The notes under the pieces were generated by a model. The model saw nothing but the letters and a program-made list of their open reading frames with translations. It searched no databases and was not told where the DNA came from. A stretch of DNA of 62,596 nucleotides, counting the filler, from Rhabdomonas costata (lineage: Eukaryota), in NCBI GenBank assembly GCA_019059605.1. It is 21 parts of 21 records of this genome, joined end to end, with 100 filler letters (N's around TTAATTAATTAA, not from the genome) between each part and the next. Parts side by side here need not be neighbours in the genome. Positions count along the whole stretch, not along the records: positions 24,023 to 26,897 come from JAHMHO010001833.1; positions 26,998 to 29,874 come from JAHMHO010001834.1; positions 29,975 to 32,850 come from JAHMHO010001835.1; positions 32,951 to 35,826 come from JAHMHO010001836.1; positions 35,927 to 38,822 come from JAHMHO010001837.1; 16 more parts are not named here. The stretch is one strand, 5' to 3'. The translations under genes and the position numbers were made by a program. Shown in pieces: positions 24,841 through 37,707 of the stretch (position 1 is the first letter of the stretch; the number at the start of each line of letters is the position of its first letter).

Positions 24841-27291
24841 TGCGGAGCAGCCCCCGCGGATTCCCGTGCGGAGCGGTGTCCGCAACACTAGCCTTATTTG
24901 CATGCCGGTGCGTGGCAACAGCGCTGGAATTTGTTTTGTTGAGCACCAGGACGTTGGACAGCAGTATTTGCAACCCCGGCGCTATGTTCGAAAACAGCAC
25001 TTTCGGGCTTTTATTTGATGCCTTTGCCTGGATTTTCGTTGACGCCAAACATCCGGCCAGGAACCATGGTATGGTAGCTACTTTGATCGTTCGATGTATG
25101 CCTGCACTGTCCCTCCATGCCGGGACGTGGTGCCCCCCACCGTTATCCACTCAGCAACCATTTCCGTTTTCCGGAGATGTGGCGCCTTTCTCGCATGCAC
25201 TTCGGATGGCCCCCTCCAATGTTAACGACCGGGCCTAGAGCCGATTATTTTCGAACACGAACCCCTTTTTCCAGGGTTTGGAATGTCGAAGCTCGGCGCC
25301 CCGCCGTGGATCGTTTGCTCGCCCTTAACTGGTTGGTGGACGGAAATGGTTCGATTGTCAATGTGGTTGGATTCGACCCTGGGTCTCCGTGTTGTTTCCC
25401 CTTACTCTTCCCTTTTCCAGCATATCAAAGGAATCAAATTCAACTGGAAAAAACCGTCTTCGCGTTCCGTTTCTTCTAATGTGAATTTTTGGGGGGAAAA
25501 CAATGACAGACACAATCGCCAAACGCAACTCCGTGGGAGTTTCGAACAGCTGAAGGCAATCCAATTTTTCCACCATCTTCCCGACCAAATCCCAACACTT
25601 CATGCCATTCTCGAATCGGACGCTCTTGTACAAAACCCGGGCTTCACATAATCTCCTTTGAAAGTGGTATCGGTATGGGTTCCATTTTCTAGTAAAACGT
25701 CCCAATCCAGCTCTTCTATCTAAATCTCGGCGTGTTTCTCGTCTCTCTACGTCAAACCACAAAGCGAGCACGCCATGCACATGAAAGTGGCGCGAGCTAA
25801 AAGGAAAGGACGCACGGACCGGCACAAACGCACAAAATGGGCACAAAGGAAGCACGTCCGTGCACTCACTCTCTGTGTGCTCGAAAACCTCGGTAACAGA
25901 GAATCTCTCGAAAGAAAAACACGGAAAAAGCACTGTGTTTTTCCGCAAAAAAAGGGGGAGATTGACTAGCAAAATTATCAAAAATCGGGGTCCCAACATT
26001 TTGTCCGTTCCCCGGGTCCTGCATGAAAAACCCAAAATCCGAAGAGAGCAGCAAAACAAATCGTCCTCCGGTGGTCAGCCTTGATTTGATAGGTGTTTCG
26101 GCTTGAGTGATTTGTCGCAAAAAACAATTTCCGACAACAATATTATCTGAGCCGAAAACAAAAAGCAGATGATGCACCGTCACTTGTAAACGGTTTCGTT
26201 TTTCAAATGAGTTGGCTGAAAACCGTGGAATATCGGAATACCAAGGTGAGGTAGTCCCTCCAACAATCTGGAATTGTCTCAGAAGCCAAACGTGCAAAGG
26301 CATAGCTGGGAGAAGACTTTTATTTTCATTGGAGGATCTTCAGCCTTGGACAACGTTCCTAATGTTTCAGTGGACTTGTTGGCAACCAACTGTTGTGGAG
26401 CGGTCTCACACATCATGGTACCGTGCCGACGCTGGTATTTCCTTGAGGACAAATCAGGAGCAGCAAACTCCGGTTGTCGCAAGAGAAGCCATCAACTGAT
26501 GGGACGCGGCATGAATTGCATGAATTTGTAGTGGTGAGGCTTCAGCAAAATTCTTTAACCGACTGAATAGGAGCAAAATGAGCAATGTAGTTCATAATTT
26601 CAGCAATAATGTGCGCAAAACGAAAGCGGCACGTCGCCACCGCGGCGTTGGTTCCGTTCATGCCTGAAGCATAAGGCAGAGTACACCTGTACAAGACCAG
26701 CAAGGAGCTCATCACGGCGGAGCTTCTGTAGATTATTGGCACCATCATTGTGATGACTGCCTGCATCAAGTTGTGGATGAAAATTCGTCCTTCTGGGAGG
26801 CCAGATGACTGTCCACTGGATCTCTGTGACCTCCTCTCCAGTCTATCTCTGTTGGACCTTCTGGGATGCTGTGTGCCGATACATGTTACCCACCACANNN
26901 NNNNNNNNNNNNNNNNNNNNNNNNNNNNNNNNNNNNNNNNNTTAATTAATTAANNNNNNNNNNNNNNNNNNNNNNNNNNNNNNNNNNNNNNNNNNNNGGG
27001 GACAACAGCACAAAAGACACGGGTCCAGGGAAGACGGAAGAAGAAGAAGAAGAAGAAGAAGAAGAAGAAGCCCCACGCCAGTTCCTAAAAACCACTGCAA
27101 TCGATAGCACTGGAAGCTTGACGAGCAGAAATAGTGAGAGAAAAGTTTTGGGCAGCCTGAAAATCAGAAGCTGCCATTGGACGTCAACTCTGGCCTCCAA
27201 AAGTGGAGCCAGCCTGGCCTTGCCTCGCTTTGGGCTGAGATATTGGCCTTGGCTCCCTTTTCTCATTCTTCTTTGGGAGGAAGTGGGGCGG

Positions 27292-29523
27292 CTAGTAGTC
27301 CGTCATGGCGGCGACGCAGCCCTTGGGGTCTCTGCGGAGCCAATACTTGCGGAACTCGTCGCAAGTAATCATGACCACTGGCGAGGGTAGAGCTAAAGCG
27401 ATCAGCACGAAGGGGATGGGGCGGCTGCCAGAAATGTTGTTGATCCCCGGGACGTACGTGAGAAGGTTGATCACCAGCAGCGCGAAGAGCATCCCAAAGA
27501 ACTGGTTATCCGAGAAAACAGACAGCATGTCATATCGAAACCCGAAAGCAAGTGGTGGCCCTCATTGTGACCCTTCCAATAGCTTGTGCCTTGTGCCCTT
27601 TTGCACCACGGACGAGCCCGATGCTTGTCTGACACTTCCTGTCGCTGGTTAACTCCTGTCTTGTTGGCGTCTTAGCTTCTTTAAAGGCTGTACACTCACA
27701 CTCACACACACTTTGTGCATTTGGCGCAGGTAGTTTTTCTGAGGAATTCTCGCAATTTTCTTCCCCCTGGGCTCCCCACCCTCGATGGGACACGGCCCCA
27801 ACACACACCGATGACGGGCACTTTGGAGGGGGGAGGAGAGGGGCGTAACAGCATAACGTTGTCATCCAATATAACATTTTTATCCAGTACAACGTGTTCA
27901 TACCTTTAACACTCCCCTCCCAAAGTGCCCAACACACATGCACATAAACGGATATGATCTTCAGGGAGATGTCTTTCTTTTTGCAATACCACGCTATGGT
28001 GTTCCAGAATTCCGCATAGAAAAAACGATCCCCTCTGCACGCACATATACATGGAGCCTGTAGATACCATCCACTTGTTCCAGCGGGATTGGAAGAGGGA
28101 CATGTAGCGGGTCTTCGCGATCAGGATGTTCCCCAGCTGGCTGATCACCACGGCGTAGAAGAACGCGCTGGCTCCCTCCACCATGGCCACGTCACGCCAG
28201 TCCCTGGCTTGCTGGGCGCACACCGGGTTGGTCCGGTCCAAGCATCCCCCATGGCTGACGTACACCTGCCCATACCCACACACACAGAGATGGAAAAAAA
28301 CGGAACGACACCAAAAATTGAAATCCGTGTCCACGGTCTTGAGGACCACTGGTTTCAGCTCTCCTCAAGCCGCAGAATAGGCCAGCAGGACACGCCGCAT
28401 TGAATTGACCTTTGAGCACTCCCACGTTGAACTTTGAGCTAGAAATAATACAGCAAAAAACGAGAGTACAGGTGTATTTCATATGATGAATATTCATTTG
28501 GGAGCGTATTTGGAAGGTCGTCCTCTTCGTTTTCGAGATTCCCGAGAGGAACACGGTCCGCCGCCATATTGACGCAGGCAGCAAGCTGGAGGTGCACACC
28601 GAGTTGTCATCCATGATGTTCCACAGGGTGGCGGCTTCGGAGGCGGAGAGGCTATTGGGGTCGGCCGTCCAGATCCCCGCAAGCCCCCAGAGGTAGGCAA
28701 ACCCAAACCCCCGCAGTTTGAACGCCCAGGCCTGCACCCACAGGCACACCAGGTACTCCCACATCCCCCACACCAGGTAGCTCAGGAAGAACAGCTGCCG
28801 CCCTGTGCGCACACAAAATGCCGTCGAATACTCACTGACAGAGCGAAGCCGAAGCCGGACCGTCCCAGGGGTGTTGTTCTATTGAATACAGGCTACACTG
28901 CTGCTAGGTACATTGGGGGAGGGGGGTTGGTAAATGGTATAACGCCGCTGTTATACGATATAATGGCGTTGTACGGTAAATGGTGCGGCCACAATCACGA
29001 GCCGCTGCGCGCCGGCGCCAAGCACACGTTCGGACACACAGCGCATTCGCGGAACAGAGTTTGAAAGCGTCTGAGAAGGGGGCTGACATGCGCAGACTAG
29101 AAACAGGGGCAGCTGATAAGAAATAAGATGCCCGACGAATGACAAAGAGCGGGAGGGGGGGGGATGAAGAGGAAGAACACGCCGCACTCACGCCCTTACT
29201 CGAACTTACAACGACTTGTGAAGACCACAGGCACGAACCATCACCAAAAACAACCACACCAACCAACCAACCCACCACCCACGCACACCCACACACACTC
29301 GATCACACCCACGAGGCGGTCGGTGAGGGCATTGCGGGGGGGCTTGGACATCACGGCGCTCTCTCCGCGCTCCCACGCCAACGACACCGCGGGGATCAGG
29401 TCTGTGCCCAGGTCAATGAAGAGCAGCTGTGTGGTGTACAGTCCCAGCGGGAACCTCGCGGCGACGTATACCAGGAAGGGCATAATCTCTGGCACCAAGT
29501 GCACCAGAGTGTAGTAGATGCAC
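27292..29523 (-). CDS. P-type IIC (Na/K- or H/K-ATPase alpha-like) C-terminal part, exons 29523-29309, 28802-28600, 28265-28068, 27501-27292
   Basis: In-phase GT-AG joins. YTLVHLVPEIMPFL, IDLGTDLIPAVSLAWE, M.KPPRN..DRLV, SAFF..VVISQ..IAKTR, DEFRK and C-terminal TDY*. Confidence 0.93.
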
Positions 29524-31226
29524 CTGCGCAGCCACCGATTGAGGTTCAGAGGCATGCTACATACGGCCTAAAAGTGCATGCGGCCGAAAAACACTGCCTT
29601 TTGGCAAAATACGAGAATGTGCCGCGGAACAGGGGCGGCGGTGCGAGGGAAGGGGGTCGAGTTTATGGGGGACTTCCCTCCAGGGGGCGTTGACGTTTAT
29701 CGCCGTTCGAATTCTTGCGCCGCAGAGGTGTTCTCCTGATGCCGTCGCAGGCGATCCATTTTTTGTCACTGCCATACCATCCACCGCACCTCACCCAACG
29801 GTAGGAGGACCCTCTTTCCCTTTTGAGCACAACTTCGAGGAATTCCAACGTAATTTTTTCTTTTTTTTTGGGGGNNNNNNNNNNNNNNNNNNNNNNNNNN
29901 NNNNNNNNNNNNNNNNNNTTAATTAATTAANNNNNNNNNNNNNNNNNNNNNNNNNNNNNNNNNNNNNNNNNNNNGGGGGGGGGTGTAACCTACCTATCCT
30001 AACCATGAATCCCGTAGAGCAGGGGCTTTAAATTTACTGAAGTCTCGGACACATTTTCACGGATGATTTTTTTTGCCAATTTACATATTTTCGATAACGT
30101 CGTTCTAATTTCGAACTATCGAGAAGTATCGTTTGCCCCGCGCGCGGATAACTTTTTGGGAGACTTTTGGAAACTAATAACCCCTTGTCTGGTCTTGCAC
30201 TGCCCATTTTCTGCATGGATTCTCCTCAGAGATCCCATTATTGCTATTTGCAACTTCGTTTGCGTCCGTGGGTATGGGGGGGGGGGTGCTCAACAAGACA
30301 GCCAGTGGAGTTGATTTGGCAGCAGCCAAGAAGGCGGTTGCAAGGGGGGTATGGAGGACAGGCTCCCAAACCGGAAAGGGAATTCTCCAACCTGAAGAGC
30401 GACAGTGACAGTGCAAAGGAGGAAGTGCGGAGAACGCCAAACGCTAACGCGAACGCTGCGAACCTGCACGGGGACGCCCGTGGAGGTGGCCATCATGCTC
30501 ACAAAGTTCTGCTGGGTTTGAGCAGCGCAGCCCTAAAAACATGCCAAACGAAAAAGCTGCATAACATGAAGCTGGCCATCGGTTTCATTATCACTCAGAG
30601 ACCCTTTCACGAAGCTGACGGACCATCACGGGCCACCTTGCCTGCAAAAGAGCAGAGAAACGCCCCAAGGCAGGGGGGGGGGGCACAAAAAAAAGGAGCG
30701 GAAAATAAGAAATAGGGTCATTCCCAGTTGAAGCAGACAGTTTTGGAGAAACTTACAATGCATGCAGACGAAAAGAAGACGCTGCAAATTCCGCCATTTA
30801 TAAGGACAAAAAAGAGCGTTCATTTTGCAATTTTCCACTCGTCAATACTTACGAGTTGCCAACCCCCCGCCCTCCACAAAAAGCAATGCTGTAGAGCAAC
30901 GAAGCCACAGGGACGGGGAGGTGGGGGCAGGACCAGGCCAGATACTATTGCTTTTGCACAGTAATGACCTCTTGCTTGACTCCTTGACCGCAAAGTTCAG
31001 ATTTATTACTCTTTGCCATCTTAGAAATGGTAAGGTTCTGACAATGAAGCCTTTCGGTGCACCACGGGCATCCGTTAAACCGCAACCGCAATTCACGCCC
31101 GCACAATTCACAACCGCAAAGAGACACAATGAAATAAAACGCGAGGCTTCGGCTTTTTTTTTCAATGCATTCCAACTGTAAACGAGAGAAAGCAGCCCAG
31201 CAGGGAAAACCCGCGCAAAAGCACAC

Positions 31227-32602
31227 CCAGCCAGTCCACATGTTGACAAAGACGGTGCTGGCGGAGGCGGTGGGGCCAAAGATCCACAACACATAGGAGC
31301 ATCCCAGCGTGGTCGTGGGGACGGTGGTCGTGCCCGTGGTGGTCGTGCCCGTGGTGGTCGTGGTGGTCGTGGTGGTGCCCAAGTACCCGGTTCCGCCATA
31401 CCCGTAAGCGAGGGGGTAGGGGTAGTAGACGATGGTGCAGACGCAATTCCCCGCGCTGGCTGCACACAGGAAGGAGAACGTGTTCGGCACTTGGGGGGGG
31501 GGGTTCTCGCAAACGCTGACTTCCCTAAAATTTGTCCCATGCTGCAGCCCATATTCACAGCACGTTACACTGTAAACTCAGAACACATTTTTTTAGCCTC
31601 AGTACCATGAGAATTTGAAACATGTCATATGCAGTACAGCGGCATTTTATAGCGTTCTCGGGACACCGCAAACTCGCTGGAAGGGCGCCCGCGGGACACG
31701 CGTGTCATCGGAGGAATTTATTTTTTACCTCTCCCAATTGGTGGATCCGTTTTGTTTGACCATCTCCTGGGAAACGTTCATCGCCCTTGCGTTCTGACCT
31801 AAACGTTAAGCACCACCCCCCATTACAATTGTCCCAAGTTTTGCCTCCCCGCCAATGAAGCTGATAGGCTCAGCAACACAGCACCAGTTTTTACAGAAAA
31901 GGGATACCTACAGATCTCTGAACGCAAGGGCACCGAGGCAGGTATACGCAAGAGCATTCATGTTGCAACCCGTCGTATCCTGACCTCATCTCACTCATCA
32001 CACTCTATCTCACCTCATCTCACTTCCCCACTGAAGGTGTCCCTTCCCAGGGACGGCCTTTTTCCGTACTAATTGTGTTCACCACGAAAAACCGTATCAC
32101 AGAGAGGTGAACACAAACAAGCAATGCACAAACTCAAAATGGAATGGGGGTAAGGAACACATATCAGAATGTATCAAAAGGAAATCAGGAGTGTGGCTGC
32201 AGCCGCTCTGTGCCGACCAAAAATGTACTTTGAAGTCAAACAAAAAAAGACTATACTGGCACCAAAATCCACACTGCGGCACCACAGGTTGGTACGACAG
32301 CGACATTGGCACAAAAAAATAGTAAGATTGGGGTCAGAAGACAACAGGACAGAACAGCCTTCAGTACTGTCCAAGACAACGGAAAAGCCAATGGAGAAGC
32401 TCCAACCATGCAAAATGTTAATTTTCCAGAACCCGTCCACTGCACTGAGAAGATATACAGAGGCAAAAGTAAAAGCAAAAGGTGGTCATACTGATGGGGC
32501 AGTTGCTAACGGCGACCGTGACTTGCGTGGAAATAGAGCAGGAGGCGCCTTGGGAGACCAAAAGAACTGTCCGCGTCACCGAGCTGGAAGCTGGAACATA
32601 TG
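31227..32602 (-). CDS. Cys/Thr-rich (mucin-like) surface or secreted protein fragment, exons 32602-32492 and 31489-~31227
   Basis: Phase-compatible exons. The ACC/ACG repeat encodes TTTTTTTTTGTTTTGTTTVPTTT between Cys-containing beta-rich segments. Confidence 0.55.
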
Positions 32603-33329
32603 CTGCGGAATGGAATGGGAGGAGTTGGCGGTGAAGGAGAGGAGGGGCGCAGCAGCAACCCACACCAACGCACTATTGGGGGAGAGCTCACATGCAGTTT
32701 TGCACGTGCGAAACATCCGGAGACCACCGGGGCAACGGGCCCATCTCACCCAGAAACAAAAGGAATTCCAGTTGTTCGTGCATGACTCGCTTTTTCTCTC
32801 TTGGTGCAAGCATTAGCAGCTCTCTGAGCATTAGAGGCGACAAACCCACANNNNNNNNNNNNNNNNNNNNNNNNNNNNNNNNNNNNNNNNNNNNTTAATT
32901 AATTAANNNNNNNNNNNNNNNNNNNNNNNNNNNNNNNNNNNNNNNNNNNNTCATGCATTTTGGATTTGTCTGAGTTTTGCGGTTCGAGGCAGCACTGATG
33001 GGGTTAGATAAGTTTTCCGCTCGTATTCCCCACGCAACTGTATTTTTGCGCTTTTGCGCCACTGTCGCTGCCGTGTGAATCCCGTGTGTATCCCCCCTGC
33101 TTTGTGTCATTGCTACATTCGAATCCACACTGGGTTTCCTTGCCTTTCTTCTTCCTGTTTTTGTTTGTGCTGACTCCTGCTACTGCAAGAATTCCACGAC
33201 TGGTGTTGTTGTTTAATTTCCGCTCGTTTAAAAATGACCATGGTCATTTTAATGCGACTGGAGTACGTCGAGGAAGGCAGAAAAAAGATAATGCGCGCTT
33301 ATGGCACAGCAACCTTGTGTGACTTTCAG

Positions 33330-35237
33330 GCTCTCCACTGTCTTCGGAAGCTTTACTCGGCTGTGGAAATCACCGACGCTTCGGTGCAGGTACTCGCCTC
33401 TTAACTCCCCCGTTTGGTTTTCCGTGTCCAACTTGAGCGATTATTCTTGTCGTGCCCATGTGCGTTTGCCTGCGCGGTACTCGTGGAGGCATTGCTCAAC
33501 AAGGTGGTGAAGCTTTCCTCTTCGGACGAATTTGCCATGGCAAGTTGCTGCTGATAAGCCCTTTCTTTGTGCTTGTATGTGTCCGCTTCTCTGCCATCAG
33601 GGTCAACACAGTACTCAACCGTATGTCATCTCCTCCGTTTATTGCACTGCTCAATTTCATATTGCCCCAAACGCGTGAGGTGCTTTTTCGGTTTTCAAGG
33701 GAAGTGCATTTCACACCACAGCCTTGACATCCTCTGGTTTTCTCCACTGCGTTCTCACAGAACCTTCTTCAGTTTGAGCCCAGCAAGTTTAACGTCGAGC
33801 TGATGCCCACCTATAACTACGTGCTGGAGGTGGTGTATGTCAACCTTCACAAGTACGTAAGGGATAAAGCACTCCTTCTCTCTGTTTGAATTCACCAATG
33901 TGTGTGTGGGGGGGGTCCCGTCCTAAGTGGAGATTATTTAGGTATAGCTTGCCTTGTGATAGACCTCTGAGGCCAGCTCGCCTTCCTTTTCGTGCAAATC
34001 ACGATGCCGCAAAAACCTGTCAGCCAAAAGTTCTGGACAAGGAGGATAGGAAAGCGGAAGGTCTGCATGAAAGGGCACCAGATAAAAGTTGCTGTTGGAG
34101 GAGAACATTGAAATGTTGATTTGTGCGGGTGGGAGTGTTTAGAGACAGGTTTCCTCTTCTTAGACGGCTTTCACATCGCTCAAGAAAAAACCGAACAGCG
34201 GCAAAGCTTCGTCAGGGTTCCAAACCGAAATCAAATGTTTACAATTAGTTTACTACTAGTTCCTCTGGAAAATTGAGTTCAAGAGAAAAATTGAAAGTGA
34301 AGTTAGGCTGAGTGTGCCAAGAGCCAAGAACTCGTTTTTCGAGTTTTTTTGGGCCAGTTTGTCATGAAGGAAAATACATTTACAAAATTTTGGAGCAATT
34401 AAAAACATGACCAGCCCCAAGACAGGTAGACAATGGAAAGTCTTGTGTAAGACACAAAGGCGACGAGTTTGGGTTTTAACGGGGTTTTAATGCTCGGCTG
34501 GCAGAACCAATCCCCTGCTTTGCGCCGCACGCCTTCCCTACGCGGTGGAGCGATGGTCCCAGCAGTTCTTGAACGACACGAAGGAGTCTGTATCGACCGC
34601 TGCGGCGAAGTCAGTGAAGGTTTCTCCCCCTGCCTTGTCTCATCGCCCTGTTGACCTCTTCCGGCAGTGCCTTGACGTACATTTGAAACTGAAACACCCC
34701 TTCTGCTGATTTGCAGTCATCGAGTGAATGCTGCAACCGCAGCCAATTTTTGTGTTCGCGTTTTGCTCTTCGTGGGTGACACCAATTGGAAGCCACCACT
34801 GTGCAGTGTCGAAGAATATTAAGCAGAACTCATTTGCTTTGTGCTTTCTCTACTGTGAACTCCTGTGTGGAAAATCCGTGTCTTCGTTTCAACAACTGGT
34901 CCTCAACGCCTGCCTGAGCGAGGAAATGGTGAAATCCGGTGTGCTTCTCACCGTTCACTTTGCAGGGATCAGTTGCTCTGTTTTAGGTGTTCTATGAGTA
35001 AATTTACCGAGGCGCTCAGGTTTCACCGCCCTTGCATCAGAGCAACGCTCATCTGCTTTCTCACTTTTTTTCTATGCGCGTGGCGTGCGTTTACCCCGAG
35101 GGATGTGGTACAAAGGTCACCCGGAGGAGAGCGCAGCTGTGGACAAGGTCGTCGCCACGCTCTCCCACTGCCTCACCAGCGCGAACTACAAGAGCAACTG
35201 GGACCTCGTGGCTGACATTTTCGGCGTCGTCTTCAAG
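33330..35237 (+). CDS. RRP12: RRP12-like ribosome biogenesis HEAT-repeat protein (internal part), proposed exons 33330-33389, 33477-33488, 33761-33852, 33993-34029, 34545-34613, 34887-34938, 35101-35237
   Basis: The spliced peptide ALHCLRKLY..ASVQVLVENLLQFEPSKFNVELMPTYNYVLEVVYVNLHNANHDAAKTCQPKVERWSQQFLNDTKESVSTAAAKSFQQLVLNACLSEE..DKVVATLSHCL..YKSNWDLVADIFGVVF aligns nearly collinearly with RRP12 as recalled. Four acceptors are non-AG. Confidence 0.75.
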
Positions 35238-36599
35238 GCGTGAAGACTCTTACGCATGCCTGCGTGTTGTATTCATGTACGCTCGGGCACTGCTGAAGAG
35301 AAGCCTCTGTTCTGGACTGGTCGAATGACTCAGCGGCTTGCTTTTCGCGTTGACTCTCTTTGGGGAGTTTGCAGGGTTTTTGTCTTTGCCTTTGCTTTCG
35401 GGAATGCTTTGGAGTTGCTCGGATTCGGGTGAGCTGCAATGCTACCCGCATGCTATGCTAAGCTGCGTTACATGCACGAATTTAAGTTTCCTACACACTC
35501 ATCACGTGCTCCCCAAAAAAACAGAGGCTTGGGCGTGGCTCTCTTCCGAAGCTGCGCGACGTCGTAACCCAGCTGCACACCCTGAGGCAGGTGGGCGACT
35601 TCCACTTCAGCGCTGCCAGCGAGCGGGTGTGCCCCTCGTCCCCCAATTTAGGAATTCTCGGGAGTACGCCCGGTTGCGATCAGCGGCGTCAACTACAAAC
35701 ACGTCTACACTCACAAAAACACCATCGTACCAAACCAAAAAACCCCTGTCAATACCGAGCGTACCAGTGCTTCAGACATTGGGGTCTATGGAACCTATCC
35801 CGTGAGTCGCTGGCCACAACCAAAACNNNNNNNNNNNNNNNNNNNNNNNNNNNNNNNNNNNNNNNNNNNNTTAATTAATTAANNNNNNNNNNNNNNNNNN
35901 NNNNNNNNNNNNNNNNNNNNNNNNNNTGCTTTCGGCTGCGGCTTTCATGTCTCGCCCCTGTCGGGGGTCTCTTTCCTGCGGTCGGCCTCTCCTGCTCTGC
36001 GTCTCTGTTCTCCCTGGATGCTCAGCGCTTGATCTCCGCCACCCTCTTTCCCCAGTAACGCCTGGTGTGTGTGTGTGTGTGTGTGTGTGTACGTGTGTGT
36101 GTACATGTGTGTACAAGTGTAGGCATAGGTATGAGTACAAGTGTAGGTAGAGGTATGATCTCAGACCTGCTCCTTCACCGTGTTAAGAAGCACCACGGCA
36201 GGGTCCGGCTCGGAAGGAGAGGAAGATCGGGCAGCCTCCAATGCCCCGCCAGGCTGCGAGCGGAAACGTGGCTACAGTTCTGGCAACGAACCTCTCCCTC
36301 TCCCTGCAGCAACCATGCCAGCCCGCACGGGCAGCTCATCCCCTAGCTGAGTATATTCGAAAATTCCTCCAGTTCACCATCCAAACCACGCGTTGCGTTA
36401 TTCTTGCCCCAATACCAATACCTTGGGCTCTCCTTCACCTCCTTTGCCTGGAACAATGGCTGTTATTTGGGCGACCTGGGTACAGGCCGGTTAACCCCCA
36501 GACGGTATGAGCCTCCCGCGAACGCACCGCCCACCCATCACGTTACACGATCTCTTCGTCGATCGCAGTGCTCAATTGCTGTCTCCTTGCCTTGGGCCA

Positions 36600-37400
36600 G
36601 GTACAGCACGAACTGGTGCCGTGGTGAATTGTAAATATTCCGCAAAAACGAGTCTGTGGGATAGGCAGTGGGTTCCGACTTACAAAGAACCAGTTTGCGA
36701 GCTATAAGGACGAGCATCAGTTTCCAATGAAATAACACATTTCAGGCAATAGAGACATATGTGGAGAGGTTGCCTCACTTCCCAACCAAATGACATACCG
36801 TGGCATATGTCTGCGTCGCATCATCTGGTTGGTCTCCCCTGAGAGAAACGCCAAACCCCGAAATAGAACCCATGCAAAGCTACATGATACCACCCTTGCG
36901 CTATCTACTCAAACGCAGACAAGCATAGGAAGTGATCTATTCCGCAACCTCCGAACTCCCGAAATCCATCTTTTTATCCCCTCATTGCAAGCTCTCTCGC
37001 AGCAGCAACCAAAGAAGATCAGAGATGACGGCAACGTCCGCAGTGATGGCCCTTTTCTTAATCGAGCGTCGCCGTTTACTTCGAGTAGAGCTAATGTTAT
37101 GTGACAAAGCGAGTCGGTGTAGTTGGGGTGTGAAGCGACGCCAGGGAAACTATATTCTTCCAAGGTTTGGCAAGCTTGTGCTGGAACACACCCACGCAAG
37201 ACGAGGGATGATGAGGGAGCGGGAGCTGAAATCCACAGTTCCTTCCCCAGTGGAGCAAACAAGCGAATTTTCCCATTGGGAGCCCTAAAGGTTACGTCCC
37301 TACCGACCGCTCCAACCTGTACTCTATCAGTTCCACTCGTCCGCGCAATTCCAAAGTCGAGATGCTCATCATTTTCCCAATCCCTAACCAATACACCAAG
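36600..37400 (-). mobile_element. Possible heavily decayed non-LTR retrotransposon 3' region
   Basis: Broken-frame ICLYCLK..ETD and PQTRFCGIF resemble the zinc-knuckle/CGI tail seen at 53271-53685. Confidence 0.3.
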
Positions 37401-37707
37401 TAAGGTAAGTTACATCCCAAAACTCAGAATTTAGTGTGTTACGAGTCCAATTCCAATTGAAGTCCTGGGAACGCTATAAAATGCGCTCCGCTACGCTAGC
37501 GTGGATGCATAAGATATTTTTAACCGTTTTCATGCTACTAAGTAAAAAGGACGTGTTCTGAGTTTACGGTGTAATGTGCTATATGTAGTAGGCCTGTATT
37601 AATGACAGCGCCTCCCCAAGATCCTTTTGGGGCGAGCACGTTCGAAACAAACGACCCTCCCACAGCTCGGCAAAACCGTGGTGGCGCAGGGGGCGTGCAC
37701 AGCAGGA

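Noticed and set aside
25367-25392. Second tRNA-like B-box on the minus strand
   Set aside because: No A-box or cloverleaf upstream.
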